Shown here: piece after piece, positions 47,301-61,000 of the stretch
Numbering within the stretch: the stretch's first letter is position 1
Layout of the letters: every line of letters begins with the position of its first letter
Assembly (NCBI GenBank): GCA_002633005.1
Contig: NMRA01000388.1
Location: 284,616 to 348,615, forward strand
DNA: 64,000 bases
Direction of reading: 5' to 3'
From: Phoronis australis
Taxonomy: Eukaryota > Animalia > Phoronida
Position numbers and translations under genes: made by a program
Notes under the pieces: model-generated
Database searches by the model: none
Told to the model about the DNA's origin: nothing
What the model saw: only the letters and a program-made list of their open reading frames with translations

Positions 47301-50300
47301 TTTTAAAGTGCAACTATTAAGTGAAGTGATAACTTTGTTTTTCTTTGCTATCTTTTACAATTCTGACGCATTTTCATGTGCCAAATTTGCGAGTTATTCA
47401 ACACGACTTCAGCTACAGTATGTGACAAATCTTGACCGTAGATTTTCGGTTTTCGATATTTTTATCAATTTACAATACTTAGTTTTGGTACATAAGAAAA
47501 ACACAACGAAAACTTAAAACTTAGTACAAGTATAAGCAGTAAATTCATATGTGTATTTGCATTGCAATTATTTGTTTGTTACAATAAATGCTTCAAAAAT
47601 AGTTTTCTTTAGCATTGTTTGAAAACAATGCACTCTTATTTTCATAATCTATGGCAGAAGGAAAAACTTGTCTAATATTGTCACTTAGCCTCAAACATCA
47701 GCTATCCGGGATAAATATCTGGACATTTAGAGTGCTGGTATTTTGAGGCCAAATAAAATCCTTTCTACAAATCATTGAATAATATTGACCAAGAATGTCC
47801 CAGATATTTTGTCTGCCGTTAGCACTTGCGAGGTCAGTATAACTGAGGTAATTTCGACACTATTTACATGCAAGTAGTTTACTGGTAATTCGACTTCACA
47901 ATTGTATTATTGTGTTTATAATTTTATTTTGTTATTATGTTTTGATACATCAATTAAAATTTGTTGTAATATCATAGGAGCGTCAACGCAAACAGCTGCT
48001 CGCCTACCTGAGATTCATCAAGAGCGTTTAATGCAGTTCATCCGCAAAATATGTTTCCCTGAAAATCATCTTCTTCAGCAACTTCCACTGCCTTTAATAA
48101 ACACGCATATTTTGTTTCATATGCGGAGGATTTTTCTCTCAAACATTCTCTCTGTCGACCAAACCCTCTGGTCGATATTAACGAAGTCAAAAATTTTCTA
48201 AACAAAACATTGCTGTGGGGCCGGCCCTGTTCTGTAAATTAGTTGATGATCAGGTTAGCTTAAAAACACACACATTTCCGAGTTGACGTCTGCAAACAAA
48301 TACAACGAAAACCGTGTCCCAGTGGCTAGGGGAATTTTTCCCATATTTCTCCATACAACCAGACGCACTCTGCTCACTACACAGAGCAATGCCAAATTGA
48401 TTGCACTCACGTGACTTCTCTTAGGCTCGCGCCAACGTTTGTGCTTATGGGTACGCGTACTCTGAACGCGAAATGAATTATTGTCACCAGAGAGGACTGT
48501 GGAAAATCTAAATCCAGCGATTAGAAAAATCGTAACTTTCTAGTAGGCCCCTTTCGAAAATACATGTCCTTTTTTCTTACGGCAGTAGTACGAGTAATCC
48601 AAAAGAGTTAAGACGTGTAAGTGGTGATTGGTGGATGAGGATCAAATGTTGAAATATGGGACATAAATCCGTGTTTACGTTGCTCTTATACGGAACGCAG
48701 CCCAGGTAACACGTGTTAACGCCGAACACCTGTTTCGAAATGAGGCCCAGCTTTCAACACACCTGCAGTTTTGTGTAATTCATTTATTCAGTCAACTTTT
48801 TTTATTGTATTTCATTTTGAATGAGTCTTCCGATAGCGTTAGAAATAGGACTATATTTATCATAAAGAACCAGTTTTCTGTATTGTTGTGTGTTGCTGTG
48901 AATGACCAATACGGCACAGTGGAAGCAGACCAATGTCCAAACGATCTTTAGAACATTTGGCATCTATACTAATAATAGGAAATAGAGCACTCTCGGCATG
49001 GATTGACATGGTGCTATGACAGATCTTTAATAGTTAGCGAATTAACAATTTTTCTACCACTGAATGTGTTCGTCCAGTCACGCGTCAAAACACATAACAC
49101 TGATCACAGTGTTGCCACCGAAAAAAGTACAAAAGAAAAATAGAAATACCTGTACCTATGACGGAAATAACCGTATTCTTTTCAAAATGTCAAACATGAT
49201 GTTACTTTGTCAAAGATAATGGGCACTATCAAAATATCTCATGTCGGAAAGGTAAAAAGTTGACATTTCAAATTTGTATGTGACGCAGTGTTGTAATTTG
49301 AAGCGCTACTATTGTGTTCTTCAAGATAGCGGTCTAATATCACGCATTTAAAAAGTGCCGGCGAAGTACAAATTAATCGATGAGCAAACTTTTTTTGAAA
49401 ACTGATTGCTGGGAGAGACATTTTTAGTAAGTATCGGGGCTGGAATGGAGAAAGTTATTGGGAGGCTATACAATCCAATACCGTTCACAGTTGTTCCAAT
49501 CTGAATACACGTTTTGCATTATCACGTTTTAATTATTCATTAACGCTCTCTGGACCGAGAGATTGGGTTTTACATTAGGGAACACTCAACTGAATTTTAA
49601 TTACTCATAAGAAGACTTCATAATCTAGAAATCTTTGTATTAAGCAGCGCTCGAGTTTGATTCCTTTCCATAGAACAAAATGGTTATATTGACAACACCA
49701 ACAAATAATGCTTTATTGGTAACAAACAGGCAAGCTTGAAATCAATATGTTTACCAAGCCCCAGAGCAAGTTTCGTTATTTTGGCACATTTTCATTAAAA
49801 GTCAAGCATTTGATATTACGTGCCAAATTGAGTCAATAAGAAAGCAAATTGTGACAACGAGGCTATTTCAGGGAAATGTGTCTTGTGCATAAAGCAAAAT
49901 TGTAAATTCCGCGAAAAAGCAGTGTACTATTTTGGCACAAGTTTTCGTTTAGACCAAAATATTGCATAACATCAGTAAATACTTTCAGTAAACTGAATAT
50001 TGCGTTTATATTGTAAGGAAGCAAGAGAAAAGTTCCCTAGACTCGAGAATCTCTCGAAAACGCAAGATCACGTAAGATTTTACGAACCATTGCCATGTAT
50101 TGTAAGCAAAGTACCTGAGCCCCTTCTTTACTCGCGGGAATCTTGCATCTGCGGAACGCAGCCCTGAGCTGCGCACTGCCTAGCAAGTTTTTTGCGAGAA
50201 AAGTGATATCGCGCAAAGACTTTTGCGAGATATCGCGACCATGCCTTAGAAGCGAGTGTCTTGCGTCCACGCCGGAACGGGCCCAGGTTGGTATATTTAA

Positions 50301-53300
50301 ATTACTTTACACCTTTTTACGATTTCCGGAATTGCCGATTGTAAAACCTCAGTAGTCTTTCGGAACATATTAAGGTCACTGTACTATCAGAATATTTTAT
50401 TCAGTTGCTTTTCCCGATTGTGTTATTGTTAATTTACTAAACGACATCCGGGCTCACGAGTCATCTGCATGTGCGCAATAAACTGTGGCGATGGTGTGTT
50501 TAAATCTTGGAAAGAAAGGAAAGGTGCTTTAGTCGCAGTTAATATCTTTTGAAATCCCCGGCCGGTTTGTTGAAATTATAAACGTTAGTAATTTCAAACG
50601 CACCTGTTTTTCAGTGTTTAAGTGCAACTATGTGCACTAAATACCATGTATGTACCAGCTATGTTCTAGCAAGAACTTCTACAGATTTTGTAGAAGTCTC
50701 AGCTAAAAGTACCATCGTTTTGTAGGCAAGTACTCACCGTAGTGAACGCCATGACAGTCAACAACGCAAGCCTGTTTAACTTTACCATCCAATCAAACAA
50801 ATTAACCAGTTTGGCCACGTTGCAAGACACATTTGTGAATTTTCCTTTGGTTGTTGACCGTATCATTTTACATAACCCTTGTTTTCATACTAACAATTAT
50901 CAATCGTAACTGTTTCTCACTCAATTGTGCGTGTTGATGTTTTAGGCATCGATCGCGGAGTGAGCTTAAAATTACAAAACTAACCAATCACTGATTACTA
51001 ATTGTCTGGAGTTCATCAACATGTAGGCGTAACACACATATATACCTTGTTATCTCCATGAAAATAACCCAAAACGCAAGAAAAATTTGCATTATGGAGG
51101 TGTAACAAATGTAAAAGCAAAACTTTCTTTTCTCAAATGGAACCTGTCTTTTTAACAATCCTAAATTACTATGTAATTCATCTCAAACGGAAATTTTTGA
51201 AATAAATCCTAAATGACGAACAGTTTGTTCTTAGTAGCAAAAATGCGTCTTTGCAATAGCAGCTCAAAGTAACCCGTGTGTTCTGACCCACGGTCATCTC
51301 AGTTAACTAAAATTCAACCACATTGCACTGGTCATGCGATTAACAATGTATTAGAGTTTACCTACCTTCGCATCTGACCGATGATACAGCAACCCATAAG
51401 ACTGTGAAAGCAACCCTCCAGTAACCCGCTCTGACTTTGAATTTAGAGTCAGACATGACTGAGAGTCAACTACACAGAATCGTCCCTGAGCGAGGAAATG
51501 ACCAAGTCATTTGGGTTCATGTCAATGACTGCACAAGCGCTGTACTGTGGATTAAATGACCTTACGATTGTTGTATTCAATAGCTCTTTCAAAGAACTCG
51601 CTTTTATTTGTATACATTGCTTGTGTTGTTAAAAAAATTTCACATTATTTTATCATAATGTTGCCAAAGATTTTTTAAAGCGTGACGCTTTTTGTTAAAT
51701 GTGTCCAATGACAGCCAATTACAACAGCAAAATTGACATTCCGGCGGTTGCAACCTGAACCATTTGTTAGGGCGCTATAGAAAGCACATAGTTAGCACCT
51801 GGAAGACTGATGTGTCTTGTCGCACCGCTGTATTTTGTCGCCGTTGCTTAACCCAAGGATGTCCAAGCAGAATATATTAAAGAAATTATACCTTGAACCA
51901 AGTCATTCTCAATGAAATCATAGACTATAGTATATGAACCGCCCACTCCATATACTTTCAATGGACGAAATCTGTGATCTTACGCATAAGCCGTGACATC
52001 ATTAGTCACTAGCGACACAAGGCAACATTTCTTTGTTTTACTTCCGGCAAGTATGTCGTCTTCTAATCATCGTCGGCTGTTGTGTGGCCGGATGCCAAAA
52101 GTACTCACCATACTAACAGTTCTATTATTGGAAGACTTTGAACAGCGTTTCAGTGTCGAAATTATTTATTTTCGTTGTACTGGGCAGTAAAATAGATGCA
52201 AGAATTTCCCGTCACAGTACACTAACCGGAAACTGAAATTGGAAATTTAGGAGAGTGGCGCCTCCTCTAGGATAGTACGCAAGAAAATCTCGGAGTTGCA
52301 AATTTGTTGTCTATAATCTGTGATGAAATGACATAACAGTGCCCAATGCAATGCCATTTACGGTGTTGAGACACAGCATTTTTCCTTTTAGTTTTCTCGT
52401 CGGCAATTACATCGTTTGAAGCCCACCACAGGGCAGTAAGAAGCGGGGGTGGCGGTGTACTCGTAGACACGTGTACAAAAGAAAATATAAGAGAATATTT
52501 GTCAACTCCAAGTGCTGGATTTACAATTTGTGACCCTTGTCCAGGATATTTCTGTAAAGGAAAAGGGACAGTTTTTGCAGTACAAAATGCATTTGAAAAC
52601 CTGCTCGTCAATCTGCATTTTGCCCTGTTTAGCTGACCGAGGGGGCTCCAATGACGTCATGCAACATTATGTGTAAAGGATACCCATCTTTCAATGGAAT
52701 TAGCCTTTCATATTAAGGAGACCCTCTCAGAGGCGCCCTACTTTTGAGAAGTGTTCCCCCTATAAATTTCACATTCTCAACTATTCATGAGGGGAAATAA
52801 AATTTCAAATTATAGAAAAGCAATAGCACAGACCACCATCGAAAGAACGAAAGTTTGCAAAGCTTGAAGATCATTTTTTGGAAATTACAATTTTTTGATG
52901 TTTGTTGTAACGATAAAAACATCAACAACTTTCCCAAAGAATTCTGAGAATAGCATACCTTCTGATGATCGTCATTGGGAAAGTACTGTTGAAGAAAGGA
53001 GGGTTGTTCGTAGAAGTCTCGCAGATATCGATCAGATTGGGGGGTCCGGATAAAATTTTTGATGACTGAGTGCAGCGTACATACATGTACATTGTAAGCC
53101 GACAGATTACACAGCTCAAGGCACATGTACTACCAATCGTAAACAAAGATTTCTGGGATTCTTGGAATGCAACTGTAACAGACTATAACGATTGCGGTCG
53201 TTTTTTGTGTATATTTTTTCTAAATATGTTTATTAAGCGCTCGCCATCACCCTCCCGTTTCAGGTCATTTGGCCTGAAACGCCAGGTGTGCAGATTTTTT

Positions 53301-53439
53301 TCATTTAAAGAACTCGAAGAAATTATAGGTTTAATACAGGTTCATTGGAAAACGTAAAAGTTGTACTTTGTGATTTAATAATACTACTAATGAAAACTAC
53401 TTGCCCTCCGGTATAAAGAAAACTTGGAATGACGCCCAG

Positions 53440-53839
53440 AGCTCGGTATAAAATCTTTGTACTCGAAACGAACTCGAAACTATTTTTGGCAATTTCTCTA
53501 CTCCTTTTGGGCGAACTTAAGATAATTGGTTATCAACTGTGCTCGAATACATAATAGTTTATGCATTGGAGTTTCTAGTTCAAGTTTGCCCTTGAAGACC
53601 CTTATATTCGTGCTACAAACTCGAGTAAAAACTCGAAATTTCGTGTTCAAAGTCGAACTTATTGCTTTAATATTGGGTTTACAAACTGTGAACTAAGGGC
53701 AATAAATTATCTACGTAAGTTAGTGTGCACTCGAGCATAGAATAATAGACACTTATCTTGAGTTCGCACAAAAGTAGAGTAGAAAATGCCAAACCTAATT
53801 TCGAGTTCCATTTCGAGTAAAAAGATTGGAGACCGGGCC
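53440..53839. mobile_element. 400-bp MITE, PIF/Harbinger-like (CAG TSD, ~90-bp TIRs)
   Basis: agctcggtataaaatctttgtactcgaaacgaactcgaaact...gcgaacttaagataa is inverted relative to ttatcttgagttcgc...tttcgagttccatttcgagtaaaaagattggagaccgggcc; CAG on both flanks. Confidence 0.75.
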
Positions 53840-54022
53840 CAGATTGTAACTGAGCTAGTTAGCACCGAGCAGGGGAGGCGTCGGAAAGAGCAGGAAACAT
53901 GGACAGACTGAGCCGGGGAATATCGGGACGGTAGAACATAAAGACGGGGAAAACAGGGCATGGAAAACTACGATAGCCTACCTGACAGCATTGAGACAAG
54001 TTTGGGGTACTATTGAAAAACA

Positions 54023-54440
54023 GTGCACGTGGCTTGATGTCATTTGCGATGCATCAGACGTGCGCAAGCCTCATGGTTGGGCCCATTACACAAAACACCC
54101 GAGCTAAAGCACGAGAGCCCCATTATGGTTCTTCGTGAAGGAAGATTTCAAGTCTGCCAGTCTCCTTTAAGAAAATAGACAGTCATTTCCATTTGCTGCC
54201 ATGCACTATGTGTTGTAGGCATGTAACAGTGCAATCCAGTAGGTTGTTCCTTACCCTATAAAAAGCTGGGCAAGACTCTACCAGTTGTTTAGGGTATTCT
54301 ACGTCAGTACCACACTCGGAACACATTGGCCTCTCCCTATTCTTAGTAATGTGTCTGTGTCTGGCTAGGTTACAATAGCCCGTCAAAAATGGAAGTCTGG
54401 AGAATATTGGTATCGGAAATACTGGCATAGACCTGAAAAG
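54023..54440 (-). mobile_element. LINE (I-group-like) ORF2 C-terminus and 3' UTR fragment
   Basis: LTGYCNLARHRH...PMCSECGTDVE....L..CPAFYRVRNNL zinc-knuckle-like region, then (after a stop) LSIFLKETGRLE, typical of non-LTR ORF2 ends. Confidence 0.75.
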
Positions 54441-54946
54441 GAGTAACAATGCCTTTTTAAGAATACAAAAAACAGATGTTGTCAAAACTGCAGTTAGAAT
54501 GAAGTCTTGCTATTTTAATGAAAATGTTAGACATTTTGTATTTCACAGTAGTTGTTGGCTGAGTGTGGTAACAAAATTTAGAACGTTGAAAAGGTCAAAA
54601 TGAATGGTCAGTGGTATCAAAAATTTCTTAAATAGAACACACTTCATAAAGTGAGATATACGTCATCAAAATCACAAAAATCATTGTTGTGAACACAACT
54701 GAAAGTAACACGCTTAAGTTTAATTTTAAAAAATATTTGCTGATGCTTGCAACCCTGAAATAAGAATAGACGTGCCGTCACATTGAGTCCAAAATGTTGT
54801 AATGACGTCAAAAGTGACGTCATACTAAACATTCCTTATGATACATACCCTTTGTAGCATCTGAATAAAGATATTCTTTGCCTAGTCACTGATTTTTCAC
54901 ATACTTTTTGCAGGAAACAGATCATGGGTTCCGATTGGAGCATCCA

Positions 54947-55154
54947 TTTTGAAATATATCGCTCTGCACTGTCTCAATTTCTGAGCCTGTGAGAACCCAG
55001 TCCAAATTTATACCAAGCAGTAAAATTTTTGCCTAAAATTCGCTACCGCATTCTTCACCCGTTTTGAAATAGCTCTGCACTCTCAATTTCTGAGCTTGCG
55101 AGAACCCAATCCAAATTTATACCAAGTCAAATTTTTGCCTAAAATTCACTACCG
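54947..55154. repeat. ~95-bp near-tandem direct duplication
   Basis: ttttgaaata..gctctgcact..ctcaatttctgagc..gagaaccca.tccaaatttataccaag..aaatttttgcctaaaattc.ctaccg at ~54947 and ~55062. Confidence 0.85.
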
Positions 55155-58084
55155 AATTCCTCAAATGACGATCGGGAATCGGTAGTCGACCAAATCGTTA
55201 TCTTTGCAATACGGCCAGCGCAGGATTCTATTGCGGAAGCTTCTGTTTATAAAGGGTTTTCATAATACATGTATTTAGTGCAATAACTTGTTTTCACAGA
55301 CAGACTGCCCCTTAATGAAGAGTCTGTCCTTGAAACAGTGTTTACAGTGGACAGATGTATATTTGTCCTCTGCTATCAGGATAAATGGTCCCCGAACTGA
55401 AGACAAAATCTTAACTACATGATGCCTGCGGTAAGCTAACGAAGATATGCCGCGGAGTAATAGCATATGTTTTATTTTGGTCGATATCTTTAATAAGAAC
55501 TGGGTAGGCTACTGCTGTTCATATCAAACGAACATTTTAGTCCAGATTCAGAGTTTTAGATTGTGCCCAGCCTACCACATTGTGCCCGACCCTGTATTCC
55601 TATAAGGTCAATGTTATGCAAATGTCACACATCCCGTAATCTGCTCGTAAACACATAACTGGCAAAATCAGGCTTACTGCCCAAGCCGATATGAAAAATG
55701 AATTTTAAGTTCATGTTGGTAAAGAAATAATGAGCCCCGCTTAATTTTGTGTGAGGCTACCCAACATGAGAGATTCAATTTAATTTCAGTTATATTCCAA
55801 TGGCAAAATCATACTTACAATCAAAACAATGTAACGTTCCACGAGTCGACACTAATACGAAAATCGCCAGATCGCATATGCTACCTAGACAAAATCCCAG
55901 GTCACACTATCCCGGTCGCATTCATAAATTTCAATTTGCAAAATTTTCCCGCCAGTTTTACGCCCAAGAATTCCTTTCTGACGGCCATACCACCATGGGA
56001 TGTGAGACTAACCCGACGTGACAAGCATCTATATGGGCGTGGTCAGAAGCAAGAACGACCTGTCAGTTTTTCTCAAGTTTAGAAATCATTTCTCTTCTGA
56101 GTAAGGAACAAGATGGTAACTTACTTAATAGCAGAAAGCGACCTATTTCAAAAGGTATTTTTGACTGGTGAATTAACCGTGTGAGTGGTGAAATCCTTGT
56201 ATAGCTTCTTTATATTTGGGAGTGGTCAGTTTCAGTTTCAAAATGACAGCCGAACCATGGAACTCGAAAACTTTAACAAGGTAATGATTTTATAGCCTGT
56301 GTCCAAAGAATTTTGCTCCTCTTATGCATTCTGGACTGTTGGGTCTGTTTAGAGCTTTAATGGTGAAGTATTGGCTGTGGGTGTATTTTGGGCTCTCTGT
56401 CTCAAGTCTGAACTGTTCTCTTGAGGCAGTACTTATGCATCTCTGTTTGCCCTAAAGTTAAGATTCGTTTTTATTTAGTCTAGTTTGGGGAAAATTCAGT
56501 TTATCAGGATCGGGTGCGCTGTATATTTTGAGGAGTGAGGTTCGGGGGTGCCAGGTACACTGTGTGTGGATTTTTCAAAATCTCTTGTTAAAACATAGGC
56601 ACTGTACCAGTTTTTGGCTACTGCGGATACATGATTCACAACGTGTGCGAAAAATGTACCCGCACTTCACTACAACACCGGGAATTCACATTCAATTCAG
56701 ATTCTGCTCCCGTGTACACCTTTGTGTTGAAAGTGGGTGCGTGAGTCATCAGGCATAGCGTGCTCTGTGTACACGGGAATCTATGATGGCAAACAAACGT
56801 CTCGGAAGTGCAAATACATTTAAGTATATGAGCAATGCGTTTAATTTGTTTTATAAAAAAATAACTTTTTGGTCATCTGTTTCTGAATTTAAACCACTAA
56901 TCTTAGTGTCAGTAAACAATGCATTTATTGTTATTTGAATTGTGAGTACGTTTTTAGGACACCCTTAGAACTCTCCCTTATCACTGAGAGTTATTTCAGA
57001 TTGGCAAAAATTGTCTAGCGTACGATTTAGGGATCGGTTGATGGACATTTTTCCATCTTCAGCCTGCAACTAAGTTTACTAAGTGTGGTTTCAACAACTT
57101 TTCCAAGAGTAGCTTCCACGAAGTAGTCGATTTTCGCATAGCTACAACAAAACATGTATCAGAAGCCAACAAATTCATTTGTTATCTAAGCAGAATTTTA
57201 TGAGCTGCGATTCCCGAAGGCACGCTCGCAGGTTGTTAACCGTACATCAGGGAGACGGCCCCATAGTGTTTGATGGTTCCCCAAAGAAATTTTCTGAATT
57301 TTTTCATGTGAACTTGTATCTTAGTTCATTCCAGATTAGCTGTTACGGTTTATAAGTTAAACTTAAAATACAAAAAAATCGCTGAAACATTTGTTTACGA
57401 TTGCCAGTACATGTACCTTGAGTACGATTGGTCATCAAAAATCGTACCCACGATGGTCTGTTCGACAACTGCTAGTTACTTACTGAAAATAATTCGTGGT
57501 GACCATCTTCGAAAGAAATATCATTCTTATGATACTATGGAAAAAGTATAGATAATTAATCGTTACAATTTTAACCAACATTTTCAACTACGGGCGATCA
57601 GTTTCAACAAACAATAATCGATTTAGCCATTTACATATTCCTCCGGTTCAGCGACACAAGTTACGGTAAAGGAGAAAATGGTTGATCGCGAGGCCAATAA
57701 TTACAAACAAATTTTTCATCGAACAAAAGTTCACCTTTTTGCCTTAAAAAAATATTCAATTCCATGTTCACGCATACACGATCTTGAGATGAAGCGGTAT
57801 TCCAAGTTCACACCCAGCATGTCACACGACCCGGCCGGGCCTCACCCTTCCTAAAAGCTCGTGACTGTTGTTCGACTCGTCCAATAGGTGCCGCAAAACC
57901 AAAACCCCTTGCGAGTCGATGTTGGAATACATCTCGAGCTTTTTAGCTTTGGTGGCCGTGTTATTTGGTGTCCTGGTCTATTTCGATAGCCAACCATCAA
58001 TTAATTATTCTAGGAACATAAAGTAAGTATTTTTTATAAATCAGGCGCGAAATTTAGGTGCATTTGTTGCATTAATCTCGCTCT

Positions 58085-61000
58085 TCCGTCGTCCTCCCCA
58101 TTGTCGTCCTTTCGATTAATTCCGCCAAGTGTCGCTTCTCCGAGCGCTCTCGTTACTTGGCGGAATTCTTCCGCCAAGTATGTTGGTCTGACAGCAAGTT
58201 TTTACTTGGCGGAATTCTTCCGCCAAGTATGTTGGTCTGACAGCAAGTTTTTTTTTGTTTGTTCGCTCTCTACAGGTCGCAATTTTCGTTCGATTTTCAC
58301 GAAATTTGCACACAACGTGTAGATCGTGAACTGCTAGAAAGCTATTGTTTTTGGTCATGATCGAATACAAAATGGCGGACGTGGCGGCCATTTTGTATCC
58401 GATTTCACAGTCAAATACTCGTAGAGGCCGCATTTTTCGACCTACATGACTGAAAAGCGGAACGAATATAATAGATCGCATATGCTACAATTGTGCAGAA
58501 AATCATTGACTTCCAGTTAAAGATAGCGGAAATATTGGACGTGGCGCATGCGCACCCCGAAATATGGTCAAAAACGTTTTCTCCTGTAGAGGGCGTAATT
58601 GCAAACCAATTACTTTCAAACTGGTCACGTGTTTGTTGAGTTTAATAAGCTTTTAAAAAAAATATTGAACCGGAAGTCACTTTCCAGATGGCGACTGTGG
58701 CGCATGTTGACACGGTTTCAATCGCTCTGGTGTCGCATTTTTCACGGGAAGAGTAAATGACGTGAATTTTTGCATGTGGATTCCTTGAAGTATGGCCTTT
58801 CAAAAAATCTGCGACAGCATATTTCTCAGACTTACCGTTTTCGAGTTACTTGACTTTGAATTTCAAAAAAAACGGCAAATTTTCAATTTTCTCGAAAAAT
58901 TTTTGGATTTTTGCCAAACTACCACTTTAGATAGAGATTTGAACGGGCTTTCAGAAGATATTTTCCATTTTGCCCTACGCCGTCTACTTTTTGAATTATT
59001 CGAGATTTTCGGATACCAGTGTTCCTATGAGAGCGCGCCGGTGGCTGACTTTCAGTTCACTTTGTTTTGGTTATGCCTAGTTGACCCAGACTGACCCAGC
59101 CAGCACTGTCGTACTGTAAAGCATGGCTCGTCCGTCATGTTGCGCCATCTATTGTTCTTTATTGTAGTTGATTGTATGCTCTCTATTTGATTTTTTGCTA
59201 GTCACATGAATGTTATCGTGTTTGACAAACTACCACTTTAGATAGAGTTTTGAACGGGCTTTCAGATAATAATTTTCATTTTGCGCTACGACGTCTACTT
59301 TTTGAATTATTCGAGATTTTCGAATACCGTTGTTCCTTCGGTCACACGCAGCTGGCTGGCTTTCAGTTCACTTTGTTTTGATTATGCCTGGTTGACCCAG
59401 ACTGACCCAGCCAGCACTGTTCTACTGTAGACTGGACAGTCATGTGGCGCCATCTATTGTTCTTTATTGTAGTTCATTGTATGCTCTCTATTTGATTTCG
59501 TCGCTAGTCACATGAATGTTATCGTGTTTGCCAAACTATCAGTTTAGATAGAGTTTTGAACGGGCTTTCAGAAGATTTTTTCCATTTTGCGCTACGACGT
59601 CTACTTTTTGAATTATTTGAGATTTTCGGATACCGTTGTTCCTTCGGTCACGTATGCACGCAGCTGGCTGGCTTTCAGTTAGTTCACTTCGTTTTGGTTA
59701 TGCCTAGTTGACCCAGACAGACCCAGCCAGCACTGTTCTACTGTAGACTAGACCGTCATATAGCGCCATCTATTGTTCTTTATTGTAGTTCATTACATGC
59801 TGTCTATTTGATTTCTTCGCTAGTCACATGAATGTTACCGTGTTATCCATTTTTGCCGCCTTGATCATCATGATTGTCGTCGTCGCTCTCATTGTCGTCT
59901 TTTCGATTAATTCCGCCAAGTGCCGCTCTTCCGAGAGCTCTCGTTACTTGGCGAAATAAATTTCGCCAAGTATGTTGCTCTGACAGCAAGTTTTTACTTG
60001 TCAGAATTCTTCCGCCAAGTATGTTGCTCTGACAGCAAGTTTTTTTTTTTTTTTTTTTTTTTGTTCGCTCTCTACAGGTCGCAATTCTGGTCCGATTTTC
60101 ACGAAATTTGCACACAACATGTAGATCGGGAATCACTAGAACGCTATTGTTTTTTGGTCATGATCAGATACAAAATGGCGGACGTGGCGGCCATTTTGTA
60201 TCCGATTTCACAGTCAAATACTCGTAGAGGCCGCATTTTTCGACCTACATGGCTGAAAATCGATACGAATATACTACAACGCATGTGCTACAATTGTGCA
60301 GAAAATCGTTGACTTNNNNNNNNNNNNNNNNNNNNNNNNNNNNNNNNNNNNNNNNNNNNNNNNNNNNNNNNNNNNNNNNNNNNNNNNNNNNNNNNNNNNN
60401 NNNNNNNNNNNNNNNNNNNNNNNNNNNNNNNNNNNNNNNNNNNNNNNNNNNNNNNNNNNNNNNNNNNNNNNNNNNNNNNNNNNNNNNNNNNNNNNNNNNN
60501 NNNNNNNNNNNNNNNNNNNNNNNNNNNNNNNNNNNNNNNNNNNNNNNNNNNNNNNNNNNNNNNNNNNNNNNNNNNNNNNNNNNNNNNNNNNNNNNNNNNN
60601 NNNNNNNNNNNNNNNNNNNNNNNNNNNNNNNNNNNNNNNNNNNNNNNNNNNNNNNNNNNNNNNNNNNNNNNACCGTTGTTCCGTCGGTCACACGCAGCTG
60701 GCTGGCTTTCAGTTCACTTTGTTTTGATTATGCCTAGTTGACCCAGACTGACCCAGCCAGCAGTGTCCTACTGTGGCATAGCTCGTACAGTTCCAGGGCA
60801 AATACTTATTGTAAACATAACTTTGCTTTGCAGACTGTCACATAGCGCCACCTATTTTAGAATGTGGGAACAGACATGACTCGTCCGTCATGCTGGGCCA
60901 TCTATTGTTCTTTATTGTAGTTGATTGTCTGCTCCCTATTTGATTTCTTCGCTAGTCACATGAGTGTTATCGTGTTATTCATAATTAACGCCGTGATCGT

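Noticed and set aside
57202-57939. Weak inverted ends (gagctgcgattcc..ctcgcagg / ccttgcgag..ggaatacatctc)
   Set aside because: Too degenerate and no TSD identified; family cannot be assigned.
58155-58252. Palindromic repeats as CRISPR direct repeats
   Set aside because: Intervening sequences are identical rather than unique spacers; part of a transposon terminus.
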